Assembly (NCBI GenBank): GCA_050950765.1
Contig: JBMNIF010000003.1
Location: 128,001 to 192,000 of the forward strand
Length of the DNA: 64,000 nt
Direction of reading: 5' to 3'
Source of the DNA: Bdellovibrionota bacterium
GTDB taxonomy: Bacteria > Bdellovibrionota_C > UBA2361 > JAAYZI01
This document shows positions 37,321-46,151 of this stretch, in pieces. The notes under the pieces were generated by a model that saw only the letters and a list, made by a program, of their open reading frames with translations, was not told where the DNA came from and made no database searches. The first letter of the stretch is position 1; every line of letters begins with the position of its first letter. The position numbers were made by a program, and so were the translations under genes.

Positions 37321-38341
37321 CGTACCAATCCAGAGCTTCCTCCATCCCCTCTCTAATTCGATACTGCGGAAGATAACCGAGATCTTTACTGATAGCAGAG
37401 ATATCTGCTAGTGATTTTTTTATATCTCCCTTTCTAAAATCCTCATATTGGGGAGTTTGTGGAAGGGTTGTTTTTAGCCGTTTCTCCAAACCTTCTCGAA
37501 TAATCTCATAAAGTTGATTTAGGGAGGTCTCTTCTCCACAACTTACGTTATAAGCTGTTAAGATCTTCGGGGAGTAATCAACGGTAGCTGCTAAGAGATT
37601 AGCCTGTACAACATTTTTAATATAACAGAAATCACGTGTAGTTGAACCATCACCAAAAACGACGCACTCTTTCCCAGAGACTAACCTCGAGACCCACCTC
37701 GGTATCACAGCAGCATAAGCTCCATTAGGATCCTGTCTTCTACCGAAAACATTGAAGTAGCGAAGTCCAATTAGCTCCAGACCGTATAGATCTGAAAAAA
37801 CATCTGCATATAATTCATTAACAGTTTTTGTTACAGCATAAGGAGAGAGAGGTTTACCTAAGTCAATTTCTCTTTTAGGAGAAGCTTGGCTATCACCATA
37901 AACAGAGCTTGATGAGGCATAAACGAAACGTTTTACCTCACCATCTCTAGCTGCCAAAGCCATATTGATAAAGCCATCTACATTAACGGCATTACTGGTA
38001 GCAGGATCTTTAACTGAACGTGGAACAGAGCCTAGTGCTGCTTGATGCAAAACGTAATCAACTTCGGCGCAAAGTGTATTACAGATATCACGATCTCTAA
38101 TATCGCCCTCAACCATCTTAAAAGAATTTTTTTGATCAGCGCTAAGTCCTTTTAAAAGATCGCTAATATTAGATTTATGCCCTGTGGAATAATTATCAAG
38201 CCCCACCACAGATTGTCCGAGTTTTAGTAACGTTTCAACTAAATTAGATCCGATAAATCCAGCAGCACCCGTTACTAACCATTTTTTAGGATCTTCAGAA
38301 AGGTTCCTTTTGCATTGTTCAAATTTACTTTCAGTTGTCAT
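37301..38341 (-). CDS. UDP-GlcNAc/GlcNAcA 4-epimerase (WbpP/TviC family)
   Basis: WLVTGAAGFIGSNL, HQAALGSVPRS, YASSSSVYG, SPYAVTK, LRYFNVFGRRQDPNGAYAAVIP. Confidence 0.9.
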   Translation of the reverse strand: MTTESKFEQCKRNLSEDPKKWLVTGAAGFIGSNLVETLLKLGQSVVGLDNYSTGHKSNISDLLKGLSADQKNSFKMVEGDIRDRDICNTLCAEVDYVLHQAALGSVPRSVKDPATSNAVNVDGFINMALAARDGEVKRFVYASSSSVYGDSQASPKREIDLGKPLSPYAVTKTVNELYADVFSDLYGLELIGLRYFNVFGRRQDPNGAYAAVIPRWVSRLVSGKECVVFGDGSTTRDFCYIKNVVQANLLAATVDYSPKILTAYNVSCGEETSLNQLYEIIREGLEKRLKTTLPQTPQYEDFRKGDIKKSLADISAISKDLGYLPQYRIREGMEEALDWYVEHLLP

Positions 38342-38343
38342 CG

Positions 38344-39625
38344 TTACAAGCTCCAGTACGTTATGCTTTTAGGGCAATCTTCACCATTAAAAACAGCCTT
38401 AACATCTACAAAAACGCCAGCACTTTTTAACATTGAAAAGATCTGATCTTTAGGAAGTTCTAGATACGCTTTATGCGGAACAGCAAATACAACTGCATCT
38501 AAGTTTTTAAAATCAGATAATTCTGAAAGAGTCAGACCGTACTCTTTTGTGGCTGATTTCGAGTCGGCATAAGGATCATGAACCACCGTTTGCACTCCAA
38601 AATCACGCAGCTCATTAATTATATCTGGCACCCTACTATTACGTAGATCTGAAACATTTTCTTTAAATGTTAGACCCAAGATACCAACCTTTGAATTTAA
38701 GATCTTTACCCCTGTTCTCGCCAAAAGCTTGACCAACTTCTGAGCTACAAACTTGCCCATATTATCGTTAATTCTACGTCCCGCTAGGATCACCTGCGGT
38801 CGATATCCTAACCTCTCTGCCAAAGTTGTTAAGTAAAAAGGATCTACCCCTATACAGTGTCCCCCAACTAATCCAGGGGAATATCTCAAAAAATTCCACT
38901 TTGTAGCAGCAGCATCAAAAACTTCTTTGCTGTTAATACCCACCAGATCAAAGATAATCGCCAGTTCATTCATAAGGGCGATATTTAGATCACGTTGTGT
39001 ATTTTCAATAACCTTAGCCGCTTCTGCCACCATAATTGATGAAGTTTTATAAACCCCTGCCTCTATAATCTCGCTATATATTTCAGCTACGATCTGTAAT
39101 GTTTCCGCATCTTGCCCCGAAACAATTTTAGTTATCTTTTCAAGAGTATGTTTTTTATCTCCAGGATTAATACGCTCTGGAGAATACCCTAACTTGAAAT
39201 CAACTCCGCATTTTAATCCTGAAGCCTCACTTAGCCATTTTCCGCAGAACTGTTCTGTCACACCAGGATAAACTGTCGATTCAAAAACGACGATGTCTCC
39301 TTTTTTTAAAGATGCGCCAAGCATCTTACAGGCGCTCTCAAGTAGAGAGAGATCGGGACGTTTTTCTAGATCAATTGGTGTCGGCACCCCTACAACATAA
39401 AAATCACATTTTTTTAGGACTTTGGGATCTGCTGTTATATCTAATGTTGTCTCTTTTAAGTCTTGATCGTTGTCCCTCTCCAGTCGCATCCACACCACCT
39501 TTAAAAAGCTCAATTTTTTCACTATTGATATCAAACCCAACAACGATGGGAAATTTTCGTGCGAAAGCAAGTGCTAACGGCATTCCAACATAACCAAGAC
39601 CTATTATACCGATTTTTCTTTTCAT
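38344..39625 (-). pseudogene. UDP-GlcNAc 6-dehydrogenase (WbpA/WbpO/TviB family), frameshifted near 39475
   Basis: N-terminal IGLGYVGMPLA...GFDIN (ORF 39404-39625) is out of frame with ESTVYPG, SPERINPGD and PGLVGGHCIGVDP (ORF 38344-39570). Confidence 0.85.
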
Positions 39626-39816
39626 ATCAGTGCTTTATAAAGAGAGACAAAAACGCCATATATACAAGATCCGAATATAACTTCACTACGCTTCGGATAT
39701 CAAGACTCACCTTAACACGACAACACAAGATAAATCTTTCCCTCTTTTCATTGTAATCCTATCGCGATAACATGATGAGTTGGGAGTAACTTGCATAAAA
39801 GCACGGAGGCCAACGG

Positions 39817-40014
39817 ATGGTTAGCGATAAAAATATGAGATTTTACACTAATACGCTTATGATTCTTTTTATCTTAGCTATCCTAGTTCGTCTGTATTTA
39901 AAGTTTGCTGGTTATATCTTTGTTGTCCCAGTTTTAGATCCGATTTTAGATATCATCTGGGCGACTATTCTTTCTGTATTAAACTTTATTAGTCAGATAA
40001 CGACCCTCGGTTAA
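39817..40014 (+). CDS. Small membrane protein
   Basis: GGAGG RBS, two hydrophobic segments. Confidence 0.5.
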   Translation: MVSDKNMRFYTNTLMILFILAILVRLYLKFAGYIFVVPVLDPILDIIWATILSVLNFISQITTLG

Positions 40015-40111
40015 GGTGAATGGTAACGGTCGCTGTATCGCCTTTTATTCGTAAGAGCACTCAAAAAAAGCAAAGGTTACTATTATATTTATTTTGTTAA
40101 TTTGAATAACT

Positions 40112-41206
40112 GTGAGCATGAATATTTGGAAAATTAAACTCTTTACTCGTAATAAGGCAACTCTATACCTTCATTTTACAACATGTCTCTTTTATTTGTT
40201 AATTTACATTGATATCATTTCAGACAAAGCTAGAGCTCCTTTTTTACTACCTACCTTTTTAGCTTTGATCTCCACACTGGCGCTTAGAGAATTCTCCCGT
40301 TCTCTCGTCTCTATCTTTTTTTTAAAAGCCAATCCTTCAGAGATAATCCTCTACCCGCTCGGTATTTATGTAGAAAATAGAGACCGACTTAATCGGCTTA
40401 AAGCTATCATTTACACCTTGATAGGATCTTTTACCAATTCTATCACTGCTTTGATTCTCTTTAATTATCTAGATTTCTCTAACTTTACCCTTACAGCCAC
40501 TCACTCCTTTCCCACTGCCCTAGCGCATTGGAGCGTTTTTATTGCTGCTGTACAACTTCTGCCGGTTTATCCTTTTGATGGATTAACTCTTTTAAAAACA
40601 CTACTCAAAAGCGATGATTCAAGCACAGCGCTAAAAAACACACTCCGTATAGAGTGGTTTATTGTTTTAGCACTTGCACTAATCGTTTTTCTCTCCGCCG
40701 ATAGTAAATATCTCTTGGTTTTTATAAATTTAATAATCCCCTACTTCCTTTATAGTTTTCAAAACAAAGCTATCGCATATGCTAAGCCGTTTAATTGCAA
40801 AGATGCCGTGCTGCCGTTTGATAATATGACTCATTTTCCTCACAACTTCACAATTTCATCTGCGCTTGAAAAGACCTTAAAAACTCCTCAAACACTCTTC
40901 CCTGTTTTTAATGGCACCAATTTTATCGGTTTAATCCTTAGAGATACACTACTAAATGGAGTTTTTAACCTCAAAGAGTCCTATATTACTGAAATAACGG
41001 AGCGAGAACTACGGCGTATTAGTTTTTCAGCCCCTCTAACTGAAGCTCTAACCATGTTTGATAATAATCGAACCCCCATTGTTGTAGAAGAAAACGGAAC
41101 GCCAATAGGTATTATAACCACATCCAGTTTAAGTGAGTTTCTAATGATTAGGGAAACTCAACGTGTTATCAAAGAATCGGATTATCTTATTGATGATGAA
41201 ATTTAA
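40112..41206 (+). CDS. M50 (site-2 protease)-like membrane protein with CBS domains; catalytic motif degenerate
   Basis: REFSR at the HExxH position, ILYPLG, IGSFTN, QLLPVYPFDG, then a CBS-like pair. Confidence 0.7.
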   Translation: MSMNIWKIKLFTRNKATLYLHFTTCLFYLLIYIDIISDKARAPFLLPTFLALISTLALREFSRSLVSIFFLKANPSEIILYPLGIYVENRDRLNRLKAIIYTLIGSFTNSITALILFNYLDFSNFTLTATHSFPTALAHWSVFIAAVQLLPVYPFDGLTLLKTLLKSDDSSTALKNTLRIEWFIVLALALIVFLSADSKYLLVFINLIIPYFLYSFQNKAIAYAKPFNCKDAVLPFDNMTHFPHNFTISSALEKTLKTPQTLFPVFNGTNFIGLILRDTLLNGVFNLKESYITEITERELRRISFSAPLTEALTMFDNNRTPIVVEENGTPIGIITTSSLSEFLMIRETQRVIKESDYLIDDEI

Positions 41207-41227
41207 TGTATTAAACGTATATTATCT

Positions 41228-42169
41228 ATGAAGCACAAAACATCGCAGATATTGACAAAGAGAGAAGCTCTTTTAGCAAAAGTTTTAATGGGGTGCACCA
41301 TCTATCCACTCAGTATACTGCCGCTTTCGTTTAGGTGCTTTTTGGGACGTCAAATTGGTGTAGCTTTTTCATATTTTGAGACACGTGACAGGTTAATTAC
41401 TGAGTTGCAGATCAAATGGATCTTACCGCAGATCTCACCTAAAGAGATACTTCCTAAAATTTTCGGCAACATCGGATCTAATATTTTCGAAGCCCTCAAT
41501 TTAAAGCCGATTATAAACAATATGGATCGTTATATAGAGTGTCCTAATGCAGAGATCCCAAAAACTATCAATAAACGGGGTCGTCCTGTTGTTGCACTAA
41601 CGGCGCATATGGGGAATTGGGAGTTGATGGCGGCGTATATGGTTAAGGTGGGCGTTCCACTTACCACAGTTGGTAGACAAGCAAGAAACCGTTTCGGGCA
41701 GTATTTACTCTCTCATTTACGTGCTAGATACGGAGTTAACACCATGTGGAAGGAGAATCGTTCGGGGTTGCGTGAGATGGTTAAACACCTTAGTCCAGGT
41801 CACACCATAGCAGCGTTAATTGATCAAGACACGCACGTACGTAGCGAAAATATACCTTTTATGGGGCATTTGGCAAAAACTCCCGTCGGATTGATTGATA
41901 TCGGCAAACGCTTTAACGCTATTTTTGTAACTTCATTTATTGTGAAGGATGGAGATAAGCACGTTATTCACGTTGAAGAGATCCCTGATACAGCAGATCA
42001 AGCCGAGATCCTTGAAATTTACAATACCCGTTTAGAAGAACTGATTAGACGATATCCCGATCAATGGATCTGGATGCATAAAAGATGGCGCAGTTGCGTA
42101 GCGGAGAAGCCACTTTCCAGTAAGGAGTATATTCAATTTTTAAAAGAGCAAACTAATTATGGGGAGTAA
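41228..42169 (+). CDS. lpxL: Lipid A late acyltransferase (LpxL/HtrB family)
   Basis: LTAHMGNWEL, LIDQD, PDQWIWMHKRW. Confidence 0.85.
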   Translation: MKHKTSQILTKREALLAKVLMGCTIYPLSILPLSFRCFLGRQIGVAFSYFETRDRLITELQIKWILPQISPKEILPKIFGNIGSNIFEALNLKPIINNMDRYIECPNAEIPKTINKRGRPVVALTAHMGNWELMAAYMVKVGVPLTTVGRQARNRFGQYLLSHLRARYGVNTMWKENRSGLREMVKHLSPGHTIAALIDQDTHVRSENIPFMGHLAKTPVGLIDIGKRFNAIFVTSFIVKDGDKHVIHVEEIPDTADQAEILEIYNTRLEELIRRYPDQWIWMHKRWRSCVAEKPLSSKEYIQFLKEQTNYGE

Positions 42170-42632
42170 TTATTTACCACATCGCACCTTTGTTTTTTTC
42201 TGTTTATTTTTACTAAACTCTTGCGGTCCTACGGAGAGTAGCCGTTCAAAGGCAGATACCTATTCAAGGGAGCATCGCTATGAAGAAGCTATCGCCGAAT
42301 ATCACCGTCATATTAACGATCGTCTTGGTGTAAAGAATCGACCGGAGTGGGAGAATCCTTATCTTTACCTTTTGGATATAGGAGACATCTACCTTGAACA
42401 GGGAGATGTGGAAAAAGCCTTAGAAAATTACAAATTAGCAGAAGATAAAGAGGTAAAGGAGAGCTATGTCATTGATCGTTACCGCTATATAGCTACTTGG
42501 TACGAAAAGAAAGGAGATCTTAAGTCCGCATTGAAACACCTTGAAAAGTATCGCGACAAAGACCCCCTTCTTTTTGATCTGATGTTAGATCGCATCTCAA
42601 GGCAGATGGTCAAAGAGGAAGATTCTAAATAG
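42159..42632 (+). CDS. TPR-containing lipoprotein
   Basis: Lipobox LNSC; IGDIYLEQGDVEKALENY TPR-like helices. Confidence 0.7.
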   Translation: MGSNYLPHRTFVFFCLFLLNSCGPTESSRSKADTYSREHRYEEAIAEYHRHINDRLGVKNRPEWENPYLYLLDIGDIYLEQGDVEKALENYKLAEDKEVKESYVIDRYRYIATWYEKKGDLKSALKHLEKYRDKDPLLFDLMLDRISRQMVKEEDSK

Positions 42633-42654
42633 TCGTGTCTAGCTGACTATTTTT
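42627..42654. terminator. Stem-loop between convergent genes
   Basis: AAATAGTC ... GACTATTT followed by a T run. Confidence 0.5.
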
Positions 42655-42666
42655 TAAGAGTGGTTA

Positions 42667-43272
42667 TTAATTCTCTCCCAAAGATCGACGTGCCTCATCA
42701 ACAGCTTGTAAAAAACCGGCATCTTTTAAAACACCCTCTATGGCTGTCTGCATAGCTTCACCTAGAACTCTTTTTACTTTAGACTCGGTTAGAAACGGAT
42801 GTTGCAACGAAGAGGCTCCATTATAAACAGCTGAATATATGGTGCTTCCCCTATCATCAATCACTAAAATTCTGATAGCCGCTTTGGCTGATTCTTTAGA
42901 AGTCGGAAAGCCTGTTTGGACATCAGCAAACCACTCTAAGACCTCACCTCTTAACAACGGCCCACGCATCTGTGCCAATCTGTAATCATTTAACCTTAAG
43001 TAATCTTCAAAAGCGTGCGTCACGTGTAGGGCAACGGTATCATCTGGCATAACCGCCCTCCCGTTGATACTTATCAACGCCTCTTTTTCTCGTGCATCAG
43101 AGAAAGCATCAACCCTAACCCACCTATCGCCGAACGGAACTCTTCCAGGTGTTGGATCAACGATATTAATCAGATCTGCCACAGGGACAGTGCTATCAAA
43201 ACCCGCGGCACATCCCGCGCAACAGAACAACAAAACTATAAATGGTAACAATCTCATCTTTAATTTTTCCAA
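42667..43272 (-). CDS. Hypothetical lipoprotein
   Basis: Lipobox-like CAGC after a hydrophobic stretch; true start may be the second Met. Confidence 0.65.
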   Translation of the reverse strand: MEKLKMRLLPFIVLLFCCAGCAAGFDSTVPVADLINIVDPTPGRVPFGDRWVRVDAFSDAREKEALISINGRAVMPDDTVALHVTHAFEDYLRLNDYRLAQMRGPLLRGEVLEWFADVQTGFPTSKESAKAAIRILVIDDRGSTIYSAVYNGASSLQHPFLTESKVKRVLGEAMQTAIEGVLKDAGFLQAVDEARRSLGEN

Positions 43273-43534
43273 AAAAACTAGCCTATCGTGCTAAATAAAA
43301 TAACCGATACACTTTTTCTCCTCCCTTTAACATACTCTAAGCCACCTAAAGATGGGAAAGAGGTTAAAAAATGCTTCTTTTAAGTGAATCTTAGCATCCA
43401 ATAACTACTGGAGGTGCCGCACGGCTTTTATTTAACGATACCTTCCGAAAGGGAGAATATTAACACCTTTTGCTTTTTCAAAAAAAGTACTAAAAGAGCA
43501 TTCAACTAATGTATTTTATTAAGGATACCTTCTT

Positions 43535-44221
43535 ATGCGCATGGATAAAGAGCCCTCACTGATCGGAACGGTAGTCGGATTGATCTGTGCTCCAAAAAGC
43601 ACTTGTGAAATATTATTAAAAGCTGAAAGACCCAGACACGTTGTTTCAATCCTTGCCCTTCTTTACCTTATTATCTTAGCGCCCATTGTCATTACCTCTT
43701 TTACAACAAATCAACCTCTGTATAATACGAATTCTATCGCCGTGCTTTTTGCTGTCTTTACTATCGGATTGATTTTATTCATTATTTTTGAATATCTTTT
43801 TCTAAGGCTAATGGCAGTAAAGATAACCATTCCGCGACTAACTGCTGCCATAGTTTATAGCCTCATCCCACTTATTGGGATTATTCTAGCGATGTATGTA
43901 TTAAATTACTGCTTTAACGATAATTTAATCTACATCTCATTCGTATTGAACGGACTTGCTAGAGGGAATCCAGCAGCCAATGCTTTTATCCCTTGGATCT
44001 TATACATAGGGGCGATAACCTCTTTTCTGATCTACTTTTTCTCGCTGCACGCCATCTCGGAGATGCTTTATCCTTCATCTTTTATTACTGCACTTTTATC
44101 CGTTCTTCCTATGGCACTTGCCGCACTTGTTGCATCCTTAATCTCAAGTGTCTTAATTCCAGGGAGTGTTAATAAATTTATAAGTATCTTACAGGCACCA
44201 ACATCTATATTAGGGGTCTAG
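43535..44221 (+). CDS. Yip1-like multi-pass membrane protein
   Basis: LICAPKST N-terminus, YSLIP motif, 5-6 TM segments. Confidence 0.55.
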   Translation: MRMDKEPSLIGTVVGLICAPKSTCEILLKAERPRHVVSILALLYLIILAPIVITSFTTNQPLYNTNSIAVLFAVFTIGLILFIIFEYLFLRLMAVKITIPRLTAAIVYSLIPLIGIILAMYVLNYCFNDNLIYISFVLNGLARGNPAANAFIPWILYIGAITSFLIYFFSLHAISEMLYPSSFITALLSVLPMALAALVASLISSVLIPGSVNKFISILQAPTSILGV

Positions 44222-44229
44222 AATTTTTA

Positions 44230-44680
44230 GCCGCCCTTTAGGGACAGCAGGACGGGCTGCTAAAAATTTGGTGCCACCCTTCAGAAAAAACGAATCAGCT
44301 AGATCTGGACGGGGGTTAAAAATTTGGTGCCACCCTTCATTTTGGGCAGATCTGGCAAATTTAGCTGGGAAAATTTGGTGCCACCCACCAGTGCTAAAAG
44401 ACTCTAAAATTACAATAGCTAATAATATCAATATGTTAATAAAAACTTAAAATTCGGCGAATTTGGTGCCACCCAACAGGGATGCTAGGACGGGCTGCAA
44501 CTGAAGACAAGACTAGCTAGATCTGGACGGGGGTTAAAAATTTGGTGCCACCCTTCATTTTGGGCAGATCTGGCAAATTTAGCTGCGGCTTAAATTGACC
44601 GATAACACCCAAAAGAGATGGGTGGCACCAGATCCTGACCCTCTCAATAAGGTTTTAGCAGGTGGGTGGCACCAAAATTT
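44230..44680. repeat. Composite repeat: 5 direct and 2 inverted copies of (AA)AATTTGGTGCCACCC, an exact 71-bp duplication, and pieces of the 21.3-kb repeat unit
   Basis: Motif at 44263, 44319, 44370, 44460 and 44537; inverted at 44620 and 44664; 44297-44367 equals 44515-44585. Confidence 0.9.
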
Positions 44681-44752
44681 CCCCTCTTCCTATTGACGAA
44701 AAAGTCTACATCATGTAATCAAACGCTGCTCTTTATTCTTTGACTTTTACGC

Positions 44753-44829
44753 GTCCTCATCGTCTAGTCAGGTCAGGACAGCAGCCTTTCACGCTGTAAA
44801 CATGGGTTCGAATCCCATTGAGGACGCCA
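44753..44829 (+). tRNA. tRNA-Glu (anticodon TTC)
   Basis: Acceptor GTCCTCA/TGAGGAC, anticodon arm GCAGC-CTTTCAC-GCTGT, T arm ATGGG-TTCGAAT-CCCAT, encoded CCA. Confidence 0.96.
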
Positions 44830-45024
44830 TTTTTTTATCTATCAATCTTCCCACCCTAATTACTTTTCCAAAAGAACCCCTAAGTACCTCTAATTCTCTA
44901 GTGTTTTTCTGAACCACCTTTTTAAGTTGAATCATCAAAGTATGATGTGCAGATTTCATCTATGTGATAATTTTAAAAAAAATCGCTAGCGGAGCTTTAA
45001 AATTTAAAAAATCAATTATTTCAG

Positions 45025-45567
45025 ATGATTAACAAAACACCTAAAAAAATCTCCCCTTCTATGACGCGACGTTCTACGTTTTTCAGAAGTAAACGTGAGC
45101 GTGGCGCCACTTTAGTAGAGCTTGCCATCTCGCTCCCCATTTTCTTATTCCTCCTCTTTATACTTTTTGACCTCTTACTATTTGGGTGTGATGTCCTTTC
45201 AACAAAGTACGTCGTTAGCCGTGCTGCCAGAGATATTGCAACCGGTACATATGATATAGAAACAGCTAAGAACCATGTGCTAACGTTATCAAGGCAATAT
45301 ATTATCAGTAGAAGTGTTCGTAATGCCTTAAATAACAATAATATATCCATCTGTGCAGTTGGAAATGGTAAACCTTGTGGCTGGAAGAACGAGGAAGAAG
45401 GTAGTAAGTACGGTGAGACTGAGCCAGAAGGACAAGCCCTTCCCGAAATGGGATACCCTGTTTCAATTGTTTTACGGACTTCATACAAATTTACAGGCTT
45501 CCATTGGTTAACAGGGAGGGTGGTTCCAATTCAGGCTGAAGATATTGTTAGGATTGAACCCAAATGA
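45025..45567 (+). CDS. TadE-like pseudopilin
   Basis: RG/ATLVELAISLP prepilin motif, hydrophobic helix, RAARD. Confidence 0.85.
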   Translation: MINKTPKKISPSMTRRSTFFRSKRERGATLVELAISLPIFLFLLFILFDLLLFGCDVLSTKYVVSRAARDIATGTYDIETAKNHVLTLSRQYIISRSVRNALNNNNISICAVGNGKPCGWKNEEEGSKYGETEPEGQALPEMGYPVSIVLRTSYKFTGFHWLTGRVVPIQAEDIVRIEPK

Positions 45568-46130
45568 TGAATAAACACCACTTAAAAAACAACTCTGCTG
45601 GCGCAGTTCTTGTTGAATTAGCGCTGTTAGCTCCTATTTTATTACTCCTTACCTTAGGCGGGATAGAGTTAGTCTTTGAGTTACGTCATATTAACTCTGC
45701 TCTTACCTTAAGTAACACCGCCGCCACTTACGCCTTTAGAGAGTGCTCCTCTCACAAATATATTCACGGTCCTGGTAAATGTCTTGATCGTATTGAGCGC
45801 GAGATGACAACCTTTGCTCAAAACAATATTGACCAACACTCCCATGTCGTACTCTCTGCATATTATAACGATGGAACAAACCGTGAATACCACGCCTCTT
45901 CCGGAACCCTCCCACCTAAAGATAAAAAGGTAAAACTAGGCGGTCGTTGTCTTAATATGTGGGATCGTGACCAAATCGGTAATGATGCAAAACAGATCTC
46001 AGACAGGGCAGGAGGAATGGTTATTATAGCGCAGTCTTATATCTATTATGAACCGTTAATCGGAGTGCTTAGAGCTCTTTTTATAGGTGATGCAAGTAAT
46101 AAATACATCTGCGAACAGACAATAATTTAG
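45564..46130 (+). CDS. TadE/TadF-like pseudopilin
   Basis: AG/AVLVELALLAPILLLL prepilin motif. Confidence 0.85.
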   Translation: MMNKHHLKNNSAGAVLVELALLAPILLLLTLGGIELVFELRHINSALTLSNTAATYAFRECSSHKYIHGPGKCLDRIEREMTTFAQNNIDQHSHVVLSAYYNDGTNREYHASSGTLPPKDKKVKLGGRCLNMWDRDQIGNDAKQISDRAGGMVIIAQSYIYYEPLIGVLRALFIGDASNKYICEQTII

Positions 46131-46151
46131 TATCGTTAAGGAAGAAGTAAT

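Noticed and set aside
44210..44450. ORFs with repeated KIWCHP / GWHQIF peptides
   Set aside because: By-products of the 17-bp DNA motif; no RBS or protein-like context
44263..44553. Degenerate CRISPR with a 17-bp repeat
   Set aside because: Repeat too short, spacers irregular (about 34-73 bp) and partly duplicated, inverted copies present
44455..44680. Sigma-54 promoters (TGGCAC inside the repeated motif)
   Set aside because: The -12 TTGC element is absent in nearly all copies
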